A stretch of 42,966 nucleotides of DNA from Thermoleophilia bacterium (GTDB lineage: Bacteria; Actinomycetota; Thermoleophilia; Gaiellales; Gaiellaceae): the NCBI GenBank assembly GCA_025930955.1, contig JAICNY010000001.1, positions 1-42,966 on the forward strand, written 5' to 3'. The position numbers and the translations under genes were made by a program. Positions 9,661 through 18,702 of the stretch are shown one piece after another. The first letter of the stretch is position 1. Every line of letters begins with the position of its first letter. The notes beneath the pieces were generated by a model. It was not told the DNA's origin and made no database searches. It was given only the letters and a program-made list of their open reading frames with translations.

Positions 9661-10554
9661 CTACTGCGTCAGTGCGTCCGCGCCCGCGACGACCTCGAGC
9701 AGCTCCTGCGTGATCGCGGCCTGCCGCGCTCGGTTCATGTCGAGCGTCAGGCGGTCGATCAGATCCTCGGCGTTGCTGGAGGCGTTACGCATCGCGGTCA
9801 TCCGGGCGCCGTGCTCGGACGCCGCGGACTCGAGGAGCGCGCGGTAGATCGAGGTCTCGAGGTACGTCGGGAGCAGCCGGCCGAGGATGACGTCCGGCTC
9901 GGGCTCGTAGATGAAGTCGCCCTCGAGCGCGATCTCGTAGGCGCTCCTGTCCTCGTCCTCCTCGAGCGCCTTGCGCGGGATCGGGAGCACCTCCTCCACC
10001 TCGACCCGCTGCGTGAGCGCGGAGAGGTAGCGGTTGTAGACCATGACGACCCGGTCGACCTCGCGCTCGGTGTAGAGCTCGGCGACCGCGTTCGCGACCG
10101 CGGCGGCGTCGGCGTACGTGGGCCGGTCGGTCAGGTCGACCCAGGCGTGCGCGACGTCGTAGCGGCGGAAGCGGAGCGTCGAGCGACCCTTCTTCCCGAC
10201 GACGAGCCAGCGCACGTCGGCCCCGTCGCCGCGGATCTCCCGCTCGAGCGCGAGCGAGCGGCGGATGATCTGCGCGTTGAAGCCGCCGGCGAGCCCGCGA
10301 TCGCCGGTGAGCGAGAGGATGGTGACCGAGCCCACCGTCTCGCGCTCCTCGAGGAGCGGGAAGCCGCGCGACGGCGTCGCCCGCGCGGTCCCGATCATGA
10401 GCTCGCGCATCCGGTCGGCGTACGGGCGAAGCGCCTCGATCCGCGCCTCGGCCTTGCGGAGCTTCGCCGCGGCGACGAGCTCCATCGCCTTGGTGATCTT
10501 GCTCGTGTTCTTGACCGAGTTGACCCGGCGCTTGATGTCCTGGACGGTCGCCAT
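9661..10554 (-). CDS. atpG: F1 ATP synthase gamma subunit
   Basis: MATVQDIKRRVNSVKNTSKITKAMELVAAAKLRKA... and C-terminal TAMRNASSNAEDLIDRLTLDMNRARQAAITQELLEVV. It abuts the atpA stop. Confidence 0.95.
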   Translation of the reverse strand: MATVQDIKRRVNSVKNTSKITKAMELVAAAKLRKAEARIEALRPYADRMRELMIGTARATPSRGFPLLEERETVGSVTILSLTGDRGLAGGFNAQIIRRSLALEREIRGDGADVRWLVVGKKGRSTLRFRRYDVAHAWVDLTDRPTYADAAAVANAVAELYTEREVDRVVMVYNRYLSALTQRVEVEEVLPIPRKALEEDEDRSAYEIALEGDFIYEPEPDVILGRLLPTYLETSIYRALLESAASEHGARMTAMRNASSNAEDLIDRLTLDMNRARQAAITQELLEVVAGADALTQ

Positions 10555-12087
<1,533 letters not shown>

Positions 12088-12280
12088 GTGTGACTCTTCT
12101 CCTTCTCGGGCGTCGCCCGCCCGCCGTGTCGCAGGGAAACGGTCGTCTCACCAGCCGGGTACCATACTGCCGCCTCGCGCCAGGGCACCGAGGGAGACCT
12201 ATACATGAATCGCGTCTACATCCACGCCGGAACCGCCCGCCGCGGGCGGCCGGGGCCCTACGCGCGATAGCCCCGCGTTC
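12088..12280. promoter_or_regulatory. Divergent intergenic region that must hold the promoter(s) for atpA-atpG and for the plus-strand cassette
   Basis: A 193-bp gap between divergent starts with a locally AT-richer patch (12195-12225, ...CCTATACATGAATCGCGTCTACATCC...). TANNNT-type -10 candidates occur on the minus strand (TATGGT, TATAGG). A 7-bp hairpin lies at 12233-12249. I cannot assign the boxes confidently. Confidence 0.35.
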
Positions 12281-14305
12281 GTGATCCCCGTGCAGCCGTC
12301 GGTCCGGCGGGTCGGCGCGCAGCTCCTCGCGGCGACCGGGCTCGGCGTCGCGCTCCCTCTCCTCTCCGCGCTCGGTGACGACCCGGCCTTCTTCGCGGCT
12401 CGCGGCTCGCCGGCGCTCGACATCTGGCTCTTCGGGCTCGCCGTCGTCCTCGTGCCCCCGCTCGTGCTCATCGCGCTCGTGCTCCTCGTGCGGGCCGCGA
12501 ACGCGGAGGCGGGCGCCTGGCTGCACGCCGGGCTCGTCGGCGCGCTAGCGGGGCTCTTCGCCCTCTGGGGGCTCGAGCGGCTCGGGGTCGAGAGCACCGT
12601 CGCGCTCGTCGTGCTCGGCGTGTTCGCAGCGGCGGGAGCCGGGCTCGCGGTCGCGCGGGCGCGATTCGTGGGGACGGTGCTCGCCTTCCTCGCGCCCATC
12701 CCGCTCGTCGCCCTCGGGCTCTTCCTCGCCGTGTCGCCCGTGTCCGAGCTCGCGCTCCCCGCCGACACGGACGTCGAGATCGCCGGCGTCCGGAGCGCGA
12801 CGCCGGTCGTCGTCGTCGTCTTCAGCGAGCTCCCGACCGTCTCGCTCCTCGACCCGGCCGGCGAGCTCGACGAGGGCCGCTTCCCCGCGTTCGCCTCGCT
12901 CGCCCGCTCGTCGACCTGGTTTCGCAACGCGACCACGGTCTCGGCGTCCGGCGACGAGGCGGTGCCGGCGCTCCTCACCGGGAAGCGGCCGGAGCCCGGG
13001 CGCCTGCCGATCTTCCAGAACCACCGGGAGAACCTCTTCACGCTCCTCGGCGCCGACTACCGGCTGAACGTCCAGGAGACGCAGACGCGCCTCTGCCCGC
13101 CCGAGCTCTGCGAGCGGCGCGACGGCTCAGAGGGGATGGGCGTCCGCTCGCTCCTCGGCGACGCGGGCGCGACCTGGGGCCGCGTCGTCGCGCCGCCCGG
13201 CCTCGAGAGCCGCCTGCCCGAGCCGGATCCGGAGCGGTCGAGCTTCGCCGACACGGGCGTCTTCGACGCCGAGCGCGAGCGCCGCTTCCGCGACTTCCTC
13301 CGGTCGCTCCGCTACGAGCCCGGCGAGGAGCCGACGCTCGACGTGATCCACCTCCGCCTGCCGCAGGGGCCGTGGACGCGGTTCCCGAACGGGAGCCAGT
13401 CCGCCGTCCCCGGCGAGCCCCCCGCCCGGGGCGGCGAGGCCGAGGCGCTGCAGGCCTGGCAGCGCCATCTCCTCCAGGCCGGCTACGCCGACCGGCTGCT
13501 CGGGCAGCTCGTCGAGCGGATGCGGGAGGTCGGCCTCTGGGAGAACGCGCTTCTCGCCGTCGTCGTCGACCACGGCATCGCGTTCCGGCCGGGTGCGGCC
13601 GGCGGCACGGTCACGCAGGACACGCTCGCGGAGATCGCGTTCGTCCCGTTCTTCCTCAAGCTGCCCGGTCAGAGCACCGGACGGGTCGAGGACCGCCACG
13701 TCACCTCGGTGGACGTCCTGCCGACGATCGCGGCCGCGCTCGCGGTGCCGGTTCCGTGGGAGACGGACGGCGCGTCCGGGCTCGTACGGCGCCGGGGCGC
13801 CGAGGAGGTGCGCGTCGGCGGGGTGACTGCCCCGTTCGGGGAGGCGCTCGGGGCACGCCAGGCGGCGCTCGCCGCCCGCGTGGACCGGCTCGGCTCGGGG
13901 GCGTGGGACGGCGAGCTCTACGGGCCGGGTCCGTCCCGGCGGCTCGTCGGCCTCACGGTCGGCGAGTTCGGCGTGAGCGAGGCGGTCGAGGGCGAGGCCG
14001 TCCTCTCCGCGCGGCTCGCCGGCCTCCTCCCTTCCCTCCCTGAGCGCTCGGCGCTCGTGCCGAGCCCGATCGCCGGGACCGTCGCGGGCGGGGTGCGGCC
14101 CGGCGACGCGATCGCCGTCGCTGTCAACGACGTCGTCCATGCGATCGTGACCGCCACGGGCGAGCCGGGCGCGGCGCGGTTCTCTGCCCTCGTCCCGCCC
14201 GGGGCCTTTCTCCGCGACGCGGACAACGAGGTGCGCGTCTTCCTGCTCGGCGGCTCGGCGGGCGAGCCGACGCTCGCGGAGATCGAGACCCGGCTCGGCG
14301 GCTGA
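12281..14305 (+). CDS. Membrane-anchored sulfatase/alkaline-phosphatase-superfamily protein (LtaS/EptA-like architecture), paralog 1, with degenerate catalytic residues
   Basis: About 5 N-terminal hydrophobic helices, then sulfatase-like motifs: VVVVVFSELPTVSLLD, ASGDEAVPALLTGK, IHLRLPQGPW and VVVDHGIAF. It is colinear with 16025-18166 along its full length. The start codon is uncertain (GTG 12281, no SD). Confidence 0.75.
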   Translation: MIPVQPSVRRVGAQLLAATGLGVALPLLSALGDDPAFFAARGSPALDIWLFGLAVVLVPPLVLIALVLLVRAANAEAGAWLHAGLVGALAGLFALWGLERLGVESTVALVVLGVFAAAGAGLAVARARFVGTVLAFLAPIPLVALGLFLAVSPVSELALPADTDVEIAGVRSATPVVVVVFSELPTVSLLDPAGELDEGRFPAFASLARSSTWFRNATTVSASGDEAVPALLTGKRPEPGRLPIFQNHRENLFTLLGADYRLNVQETQTRLCPPELCERRDGSEGMGVRSLLGDAGATWGRVVAPPGLESRLPEPDPERSSFADTGVFDAERERRFRDFLRSLRYEPGEEPTLDVIHLRLPQGPWTRFPNGSQSAVPGEPPARGGEAEALQAWQRHLLQAGYADRLLGQLVERMREVGLWENALLAVVVDHGIAFRPGAAGGTVTQDTLAEIAFVPFFLKLPGQSTGRVEDRHVTSVDVLPTIAAALAVPVPWETDGASGLVRRRGAEEVRVGGVTAPFGEALGARQAALAARVDRLGSGAWDGELYGPGPSRRLVGLTVGEFGVSEAVEGEAVLSARLAGLLPSLPERSALVPSPIAGTVAGGVRPGDAIAVAVNDVVHAIVTATGEPGAARFSALVPPGAFLRDADNEVRVFLLGGSAGEPTLAEIETRLGG

Positions 14306-14310
14306 CCCGC

Positions 14311-14326
14311 GCGCGCCGACGCGCGC
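14311..14326 (+). terminator. Short GC hairpin immediately after the paralog-1 stop (weak terminator candidate)
   Basis: GCGCGC-CGAC-GCGCGC, 6 nt after the TGA (14303-14305), followed by a slightly T-richer stretch (CCCTTGTTG). Confidence 0.2.
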
Positions 14327-14350
14327 TGACCGGCGGCACGCGTACCCTTG

Positions 14351-14380
14351 TTGCGGTCGTCACCGAGGAGTGAGTACCAT
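14351..14380 (+). promoter_or_regulatory. Candidate sigma-A-type promoter for the small ORF/methyltransferase/paralog-2 unit
   Basis: TTGCGG (14351-14356), an 18-nt spacer, then TACCAT (14375-14380, fits TANNNT). It sits in a lower-GC patch 40 nt upstream of ATG 14421, and a GGGGGAGG SD lies at 14407-14414. Confidence 0.3.
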
Positions 14381-14420
14381 CCCTCTCCGCCGGGAGGGAC
14401 GAAACCGGGGGAGGAAACAG

Positions 14421-14597
14421 ATGCGCTTCGCATATCTCGATCCGGGCACCGGCAGCATGATCGTCCAGGTCGCGCTGGGGGGACTGGCGGCGGTCGCGGT
14501 GTTCTTCAAGATGTTCTGGCACCGCCTCCGTGAGCTCGTCCGCATCCGCAAGCCGCGGCCCGCCGAGCGCCGCGACCCGGACACGACGGCGCCGTAA
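14421..14597 (+). CDS. Small (58 aa) single-TM protein of unknown function
   Basis: A strong SD (GGGGGAGGAAACAG) precedes the ATG. The product is MRFAYLDPGTGSMIVQVALGGLAAVAVFFKMFWHRLRELVRIRKPRPAERRDPDTTAP, which reads as an N-terminal polar motif, one hydrophobic helix and a basic tail. It ends 12 nt before the next gene. Confidence 0.6.
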   Translation: MRFAYLDPGTGSMIVQVALGGLAAVAVFFKMFWHRLRELVRIRKPRPAERRDPDTTAP

Positions 14598-14609
14598 CGC
14601 CGCCGTCCG

Positions 14610-16022
14610 GTGCGGATCCCGGACACGGATCCCGGCACGCCCACCCCGGACCCCGGCTCCTTCCGGGACTGGGACAGCCGCGTGTACGCCCTGAACGGTC
14701 GGGTGCTCCGGGCGCTCGGCCCCGACGGGCTCGACGGGTGGCGCGCGCTAGCCGGTTCCGAGCTCTTCGCGGCCGCGGTCGCGGAGGGCAAGCTCGTCGC
14801 GACCGAAGAGGTGGACGAGCGGCTTCCCGAGGAGGCCGGCGCGGCCGCCGTCCTCGAGCACGAGCGGATCCCGTTCGTCTCCTATCCGTACGAGTGGTCG
14901 TTCTCGATGCTTCGCGACGCGGCGCTCCTCCAGCTCGAGCTCGTGCGCCGCGCGCTCGACGAAGACCTGACCCTCAAGGACGCGTCGCCGTACAACGTCC
15001 AGTGGCGCGGCACGAGCCCCGTGTTCATCGACGTGGGCTCGTTCGAGCGGCTGCGCGAAGGCGAGCCCTGGCAGGGCTACCGTCAGTTCTGCCTCCTCTT
15101 CCTGAACCCGCTCCTCCTGCAGGCGTACACCGGCGCGCCGTTCCAGCCGTGGCTGCGCGGGAGCGTCGACGGGATCCACCCGGACGGGCTGCGCGGCGTC
15201 CTCTCGGGGAGGCACCGGCTCCGCCCCGGGGTGCTCACGCACGTCGTCCTCCATGCGCGCCTCGAGCGCCGGCACGGGGACGGCGAGCGTGACGTGAAGG
15301 CGGAGCTCGCGCGGGCGGGCTTCCGCAAGGAGCTCGTCGCGGCGAACGTGCGGCGGCTCGAGAAGCTCGTCCGGCGGCTGCGGTGGGACCCCGGGCGGAC
15401 GACGTGGTCGGACTACGGCGCGACGACGTCGTACTCGGAGGGCGACGCCGCGCGGAAGGAGGGCTTCGTCCGCGAGGTCGCCGCGCGGCGGCGCCGCGGC
15501 CTCGTCTGGAACGTCGGCGCGAACGAGGGGCGCCACGCGCGCATCGCGGCCGAGCACGCGGACACGGTCGTCGCCCTCGACGCCGATGCGGCGGTGGTCG
15601 ACCGCCTCTACCGGGAGCTCGCGGACGAGGGCGCGACGCGGATCCTCCCGCTCGTCGGCGACGTCACCGACCCGTCGCCCGGGCTCGGGTGGCGCGGGCG
15701 CGAGCGGCTGCCGCTCGAAGAGCGGGGCCGCCCGGAGCTGACCCTCTGCCTCGCCCTCCTCCACCACGTCTCGATCGCCGGCAACGTGCCGGTGACCGCG
15801 TTCCTCGACTGGCTCGCGGACCTCCGGACGGAGATCGTCCTCGAGCTTCCCACGCGCGACGACCCGCGCGTCGCCGCGCTGCTCGCCCGGAAGCGGCCCG
15901 GCGCGCACCCCGACTACGACCGTGAGCCGTTCGAGCGCGCCCTCGCGGAGCGCTTCGAGGTCGAGCGCTCGCTCGAGCTCGCCGGCGCGACCCGGATCCT
16001 CTACGCGGCACGACCGAGGTAG
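14610..16022 (+). CDS. Two-domain protein: N-terminal kinase-like fold plus C-terminal class I SAM-dependent methyltransferase-like domain
   Basis: The N-terminal half has a catalytic-loop-like LKDASPYNVQW and a DFG-like VFIDVGSFE, preceded by PFVSYPYEWSFSMLRDAALLQLEL. The C-terminal half has a motif-I-like LVWNVGANEGRHA and a post-I VVALDAD. The start (GTG 14610) is uncertain. Confidence 0.6.
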   Translation: MRIPDTDPGTPTPDPGSFRDWDSRVYALNGRVLRALGPDGLDGWRALAGSELFAAAVAEGKLVATEEVDERLPEEAGAAAVLEHERIPFVSYPYEWSFSMLRDAALLQLELVRRALDEDLTLKDASPYNVQWRGTSPVFIDVGSFERLREGEPWQGYRQFCLLFLNPLLLQAYTGAPFQPWLRGSVDGIHPDGLRGVLSGRHRLRPGVLTHVVLHARLERRHGDGERDVKAELARAGFRKELVAANVRRLEKLVRRLRWDPGRTTWSDYGATTSYSEGDAARKEGFVREVAARRRRGLVWNVGANEGRHARIAAEHADTVVALDADAAVVDRLYRELADEGATRILPLVGDVTDPSPGLGWRGRERLPLEERGRPELTLCLALLHHVSIAGNVPVTAFLDWLADLRTEIVLELPTRDDPRVAALLARKRPGAHPDYDREPFERALAERFEVERSLELAGATRILYAARPR

Positions 16023-16024
16023 CC

Positions 16025-18166
16025 ATGGCGGTCGCGACCGCCGAGGCCGGCCGGACCCGTGCCGCGGGGCTCCGGCGCCCGCTCGTACGCGGCGCGCAGC
16101 TCCTGGCCGTGTCGAGCTTCGCCGTGACGCAGCCGCTGCTCGACGTGCTGGGGAAGAACGCGGAGTTCTTCGCCGTGCGCGGCTCGCCGCCGCGCGACAT
16201 CGTCCTCTTCGCGCTCGCGGTCGCGTTCGTCCTCCCCGCGGCGCTCCTCGCGGTGGAGATCGTCGTCGGCGCGGTGAGCGAGCAGGCCGCCGCCGTCTGC
16301 CACCTCGTCTTTCTCGCGGCGCTCGGCTTCCTCTTCGCCCTCCACGCGCTCGGCGAGCTCGGCGTCGAGCGGACGGAGGCCGTCATCGGCGGCGCGCTCG
16401 TCGCGGGCGCGGGGCTCGCCGCCGCGGTCGCGCGCGCGCCGTTCGTGCGGAGCTTCGTTACCGTGCTCGCGCCCGCGCCGCTCGTCTTCCTCGGGCTCTT
16501 CCTCTTCGACTCGCCTGCGTCGGAGCTCGTCTTCCCGGCCGACGCAGAGGTCCGGCTGGCAGCATCGGCCTCCACCGCGCCCGTCGTCGTCCTCGTCCTC
16601 GACGAGCTGCCGACGGTCTCGCTCCTCGACGAGCGGGGCGAGATCGACGCGGGCCGCTACCCGAGCTTCGCGCGCCTCGCGGAGTCCTCGACCTGGTTCC
16701 GGAACAGCTCGACCCGGTGGGCCTCGACGTCGGTCGCCGTGCCCGCGCTCCTCACCGGCAAGGCGCCGCGGAGCCGGACCCTCCCGGTGTTCGCGAACTA
16801 CCCGGACAACCTCTTCACGCTTCTCGGAGGCAGCCACCGGCTGAACGTGCTCGAGGCGCAGACGCGCGTGTGTCCCGCGGAGCTCTGCGACCACCGTCTC
16901 GAACCGGCGCGGGAGCGGTTCCGGTCGCTCTTCTCGGACGCACGGGTCGTCTACCTCTACCTGATCTCCCCGCCCGCGCTCGAGGACCGGCTGCCCGCGA
17001 TCGACGAGGCGTGGGCGGACTTCGCAGACGGCGGGGGGAGCGGCGCGCCCGCCGAGCCTGAGGATCGCGGCGGGCTGCCGAGGTTCTCCGCGGCGACCTT
17101 CCATCTCGGCCGGGACGAGGACTTCATCAGCTTCATCGCCTCGGTGCGGAGGCCGGAGGAGCCCGCCCGTCCCTCGCTGGACTTCCTCCACGCGCTCCTC
17201 CCGCACGGCCCCTGGCTTCGCTGGCCGGACGGCCGCGAGAGCGCCGCGAGGAACAGCCGCGCGCCCGGCCGCACCGGCGAGAACTGGCACAACGCGGCTC
17301 TGGCGCGGCAGGCATATCAGCGGCACCTCCTCCAGCTCGGGTACACGGACGGCCTGCTCGGCGCGCTCCTCGACCGGCTCCACGAGCTCGACCTCTGGAA
17401 CCGGGCCCTCGTCGTCGTCACGGCCGACCACGGCGTGAGCTTCCGCGGCGGCGACATGCGCCGGGCCCCGACCGCGACGAACCTCGCCGACCTCGGCTTC
17501 ACGCCGCTCTTCGTCAAGCTCCCGGGACAGCGGATCGGGCGCGTGTCGGAGAAGCACGTGACAACCACGGACGTCCTGCCCACGATCGCCGACGCGCTCG
17601 GCGTCGAGGTGCCCTGGACGGTGGACGGCGCGTCGGGGTTCGAGCCCGGCGACGGCCCGGACATGCTCCGCGTGGGAACGGTCTCCGCGCCGTTTTCGGA
17701 GGCGCTCGAGCAGCGGGAGCGTGCGCTCGCCCGGCAGGTCGACCTGTTCGGAACGGGCGCGTTCGACGAGCGCTTCTTCGCCCTCGGACCGTACGCGGGG
17801 CTCGTCGGCGAGAGGCTCGGCACCCTAGCCGTCGAGGCCGGCGCCGAGGGCGCGGCACGGATCGAGCCGCCGGTCAGCGAGCTCCTGGCCGCGCTCCCGG
17901 AGGACTCCTCTGCCGTCCCGTCGCCGATCACCGGGGTCCTGACCGGCGAGGCGGCCGCCGGGGACGCGCTCGCCGTCGCCGTGAACGGCAGGATCGCGGC
18001 CGTCTGCGAGGCCTACCGCCCGTCCGGCGGCGACGTCCAGTTCTCGGCGCTCGCGCCGGCGACGGCGTTCCGGCCCGGGGAGAACCGCGTGCAGGTCTTC
18101 CTCGTCGGCGGCGCCGCGGAGCGTCCCCTCCTCCGCGAGCTCCCGGTCGAGCTCGAGGGCCTCTAA
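16025..18166 (+). CDS. Membrane-anchored sulfatase/alkaline-phosphatase-superfamily protein (LtaS/EptA/OpgB-like phosphotransferase architecture), paralog 2, with an intact-looking active site
   Basis: About 5 N-terminal helices, then VVVLVLDELPTVSLLD (metal Asp), ASTSVAVPALLTGK (Thr at the position of the sulfatase Cys/Ser nucleophile), LHALLPHGPW and VVVTADHGVSF. A GAGG SD precedes ATG 16025. Confidence 0.8.
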   Translation: MAVATAEAGRTRAAGLRRPLVRGAQLLAVSSFAVTQPLLDVLGKNAEFFAVRGSPPRDIVLFALAVAFVLPAALLAVEIVVGAVSEQAAAVCHLVFLAALGFLFALHALGELGVERTEAVIGGALVAGAGLAAAVARAPFVRSFVTVLAPAPLVFLGLFLFDSPASELVFPADAEVRLAASASTAPVVVLVLDELPTVSLLDERGEIDAGRYPSFARLAESSTWFRNSSTRWASTSVAVPALLTGKAPRSRTLPVFANYPDNLFTLLGGSHRLNVLEAQTRVCPAELCDHRLEPARERFRSLFSDARVVYLYLISPPALEDRLPAIDEAWADFADGGGSGAPAEPEDRGGLPRFSAATFHLGRDEDFISFIASVRRPEEPARPSLDFLHALLPHGPWLRWPDGRESAARNSRAPGRTGENWHNAALARQAYQRHLLQLGYTDGLLGALLDRLHELDLWNRALVVVTADHGVSFRGGDMRRAPTATNLADLGFTPLFVKLPGQRIGRVSEKHVTTTDVLPTIADALGVEVPWTVDGASGFEPGDGPDMLRVGTVSAPFSEALEQRERALARQVDLFGTGAFDERFFALGPYAGLVGERLGTLAVEAGAEGAARIEPPVSELLAALPEDSSAVPSPITGVLTGEAAAGDALAVAVNGRIAAVCEAYRPSGGDVQFSALAPATAFRPGENRVQVFLVGGAAERPLLRELPVELEGL

Positions 18167-18696
18167 CCGCGCGTCAGGAGCTCGTCGCGGAGGCTGTTCA
18201 GCCGCCCGCGCACGCTGCCGTCGACCCGCACGGAACCGGCGCGCAGGACGAGGCCGCCGATCAGGTCCGGATCGACCGTCCGCGTCGCCTCGACCTTCCG
18301 CCCCGAGGCCTCCTCGATCTTCCGGACGACCGCGGCCGCCTCCTCGTCCGAGAGCTCGACGGCCGTCGTCAACTCGAGCTCGAGGATCCGCTCCTCGGCG
18401 GCGAGCAGGCGCTCCCACTCCTCGTGGATGGCGTCGAGCTCGCCGGCGCGGCCCTTCTCGGCCACGAGGCGGACGAAGTTCAGGAACGTCTCGTCCGCCC
18501 CGGCGAGCACGGCCTGGAGCGACTCCTGCTTCGCGCGCGGGTCGATCTGCGGGTTGCGGAGGAGGTCGACGAGCTCGTCGGAGGAGCGCAGCGCCTCGAC
18601 GAACCCGGTGAACTCGTCCCGCACCGCGTCCACGCGCTTCGCGTCCTTCGCGGCGCCGAGCAGCGCCTCCGCGTACACCTTGTGGACGACCGCCAC
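18163..18696 (-). CDS. atpH: F1 ATP synthase delta subunit (OSCP)
   Basis: MAVVHKVYAEALLGAAKDAK..., C-terminal DPDLIGGLVLRAGSVRVDGSVRGRLNSLRDEL, and a position directly after atpF. Confidence 0.9.
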   Translation of the reverse strand: MAVVHKVYAEALLGAAKDAKRVDAVRDEFTGFVEALRSSDELVDLLRNPQIDPRAKQESLQAVLAGADETFLNFVRLVAEKGRAGELDAIHEEWERLLAAEERILELELTTAVELSDEEAAAVVRKIEEASGRKVEATRTVDPDLIGGLVLRAGSVRVDGSVRGRLNSLRDELLTRG

Positions 18697-18702
18697 GACG
18701 CC

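Noticed and set aside
14370-14420. Longer version of the small ORF (start 14370, MSTIPLRREGRNRGRKQ...)
   Set aside because: The strong SD GGGGGAGG sits inside this extension, correctly spaced for ATG 14421, and the extension is basic junk.
14613-14635. 10-bp direct repeat CGGATCCCGG-ACA-CGGATCCCGG at the methyltransferase gene start
   Set aside because: It is short, lies inside the coding sequence (RIPDTDPG) and is plausibly chance in GC-rich DNA. There is no supporting context for a binding site.
12088-18166. The atpH/atpA cassette as a mobile element or recent genomic island
   Set aside because: There is no integrase, transposase or recombinase gene, no tRNA and no flanking direct or inverted repeats that I could see. 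GC content and codon style look like the rest of the window, and one boundary is a stop-codon overlap with atpH.
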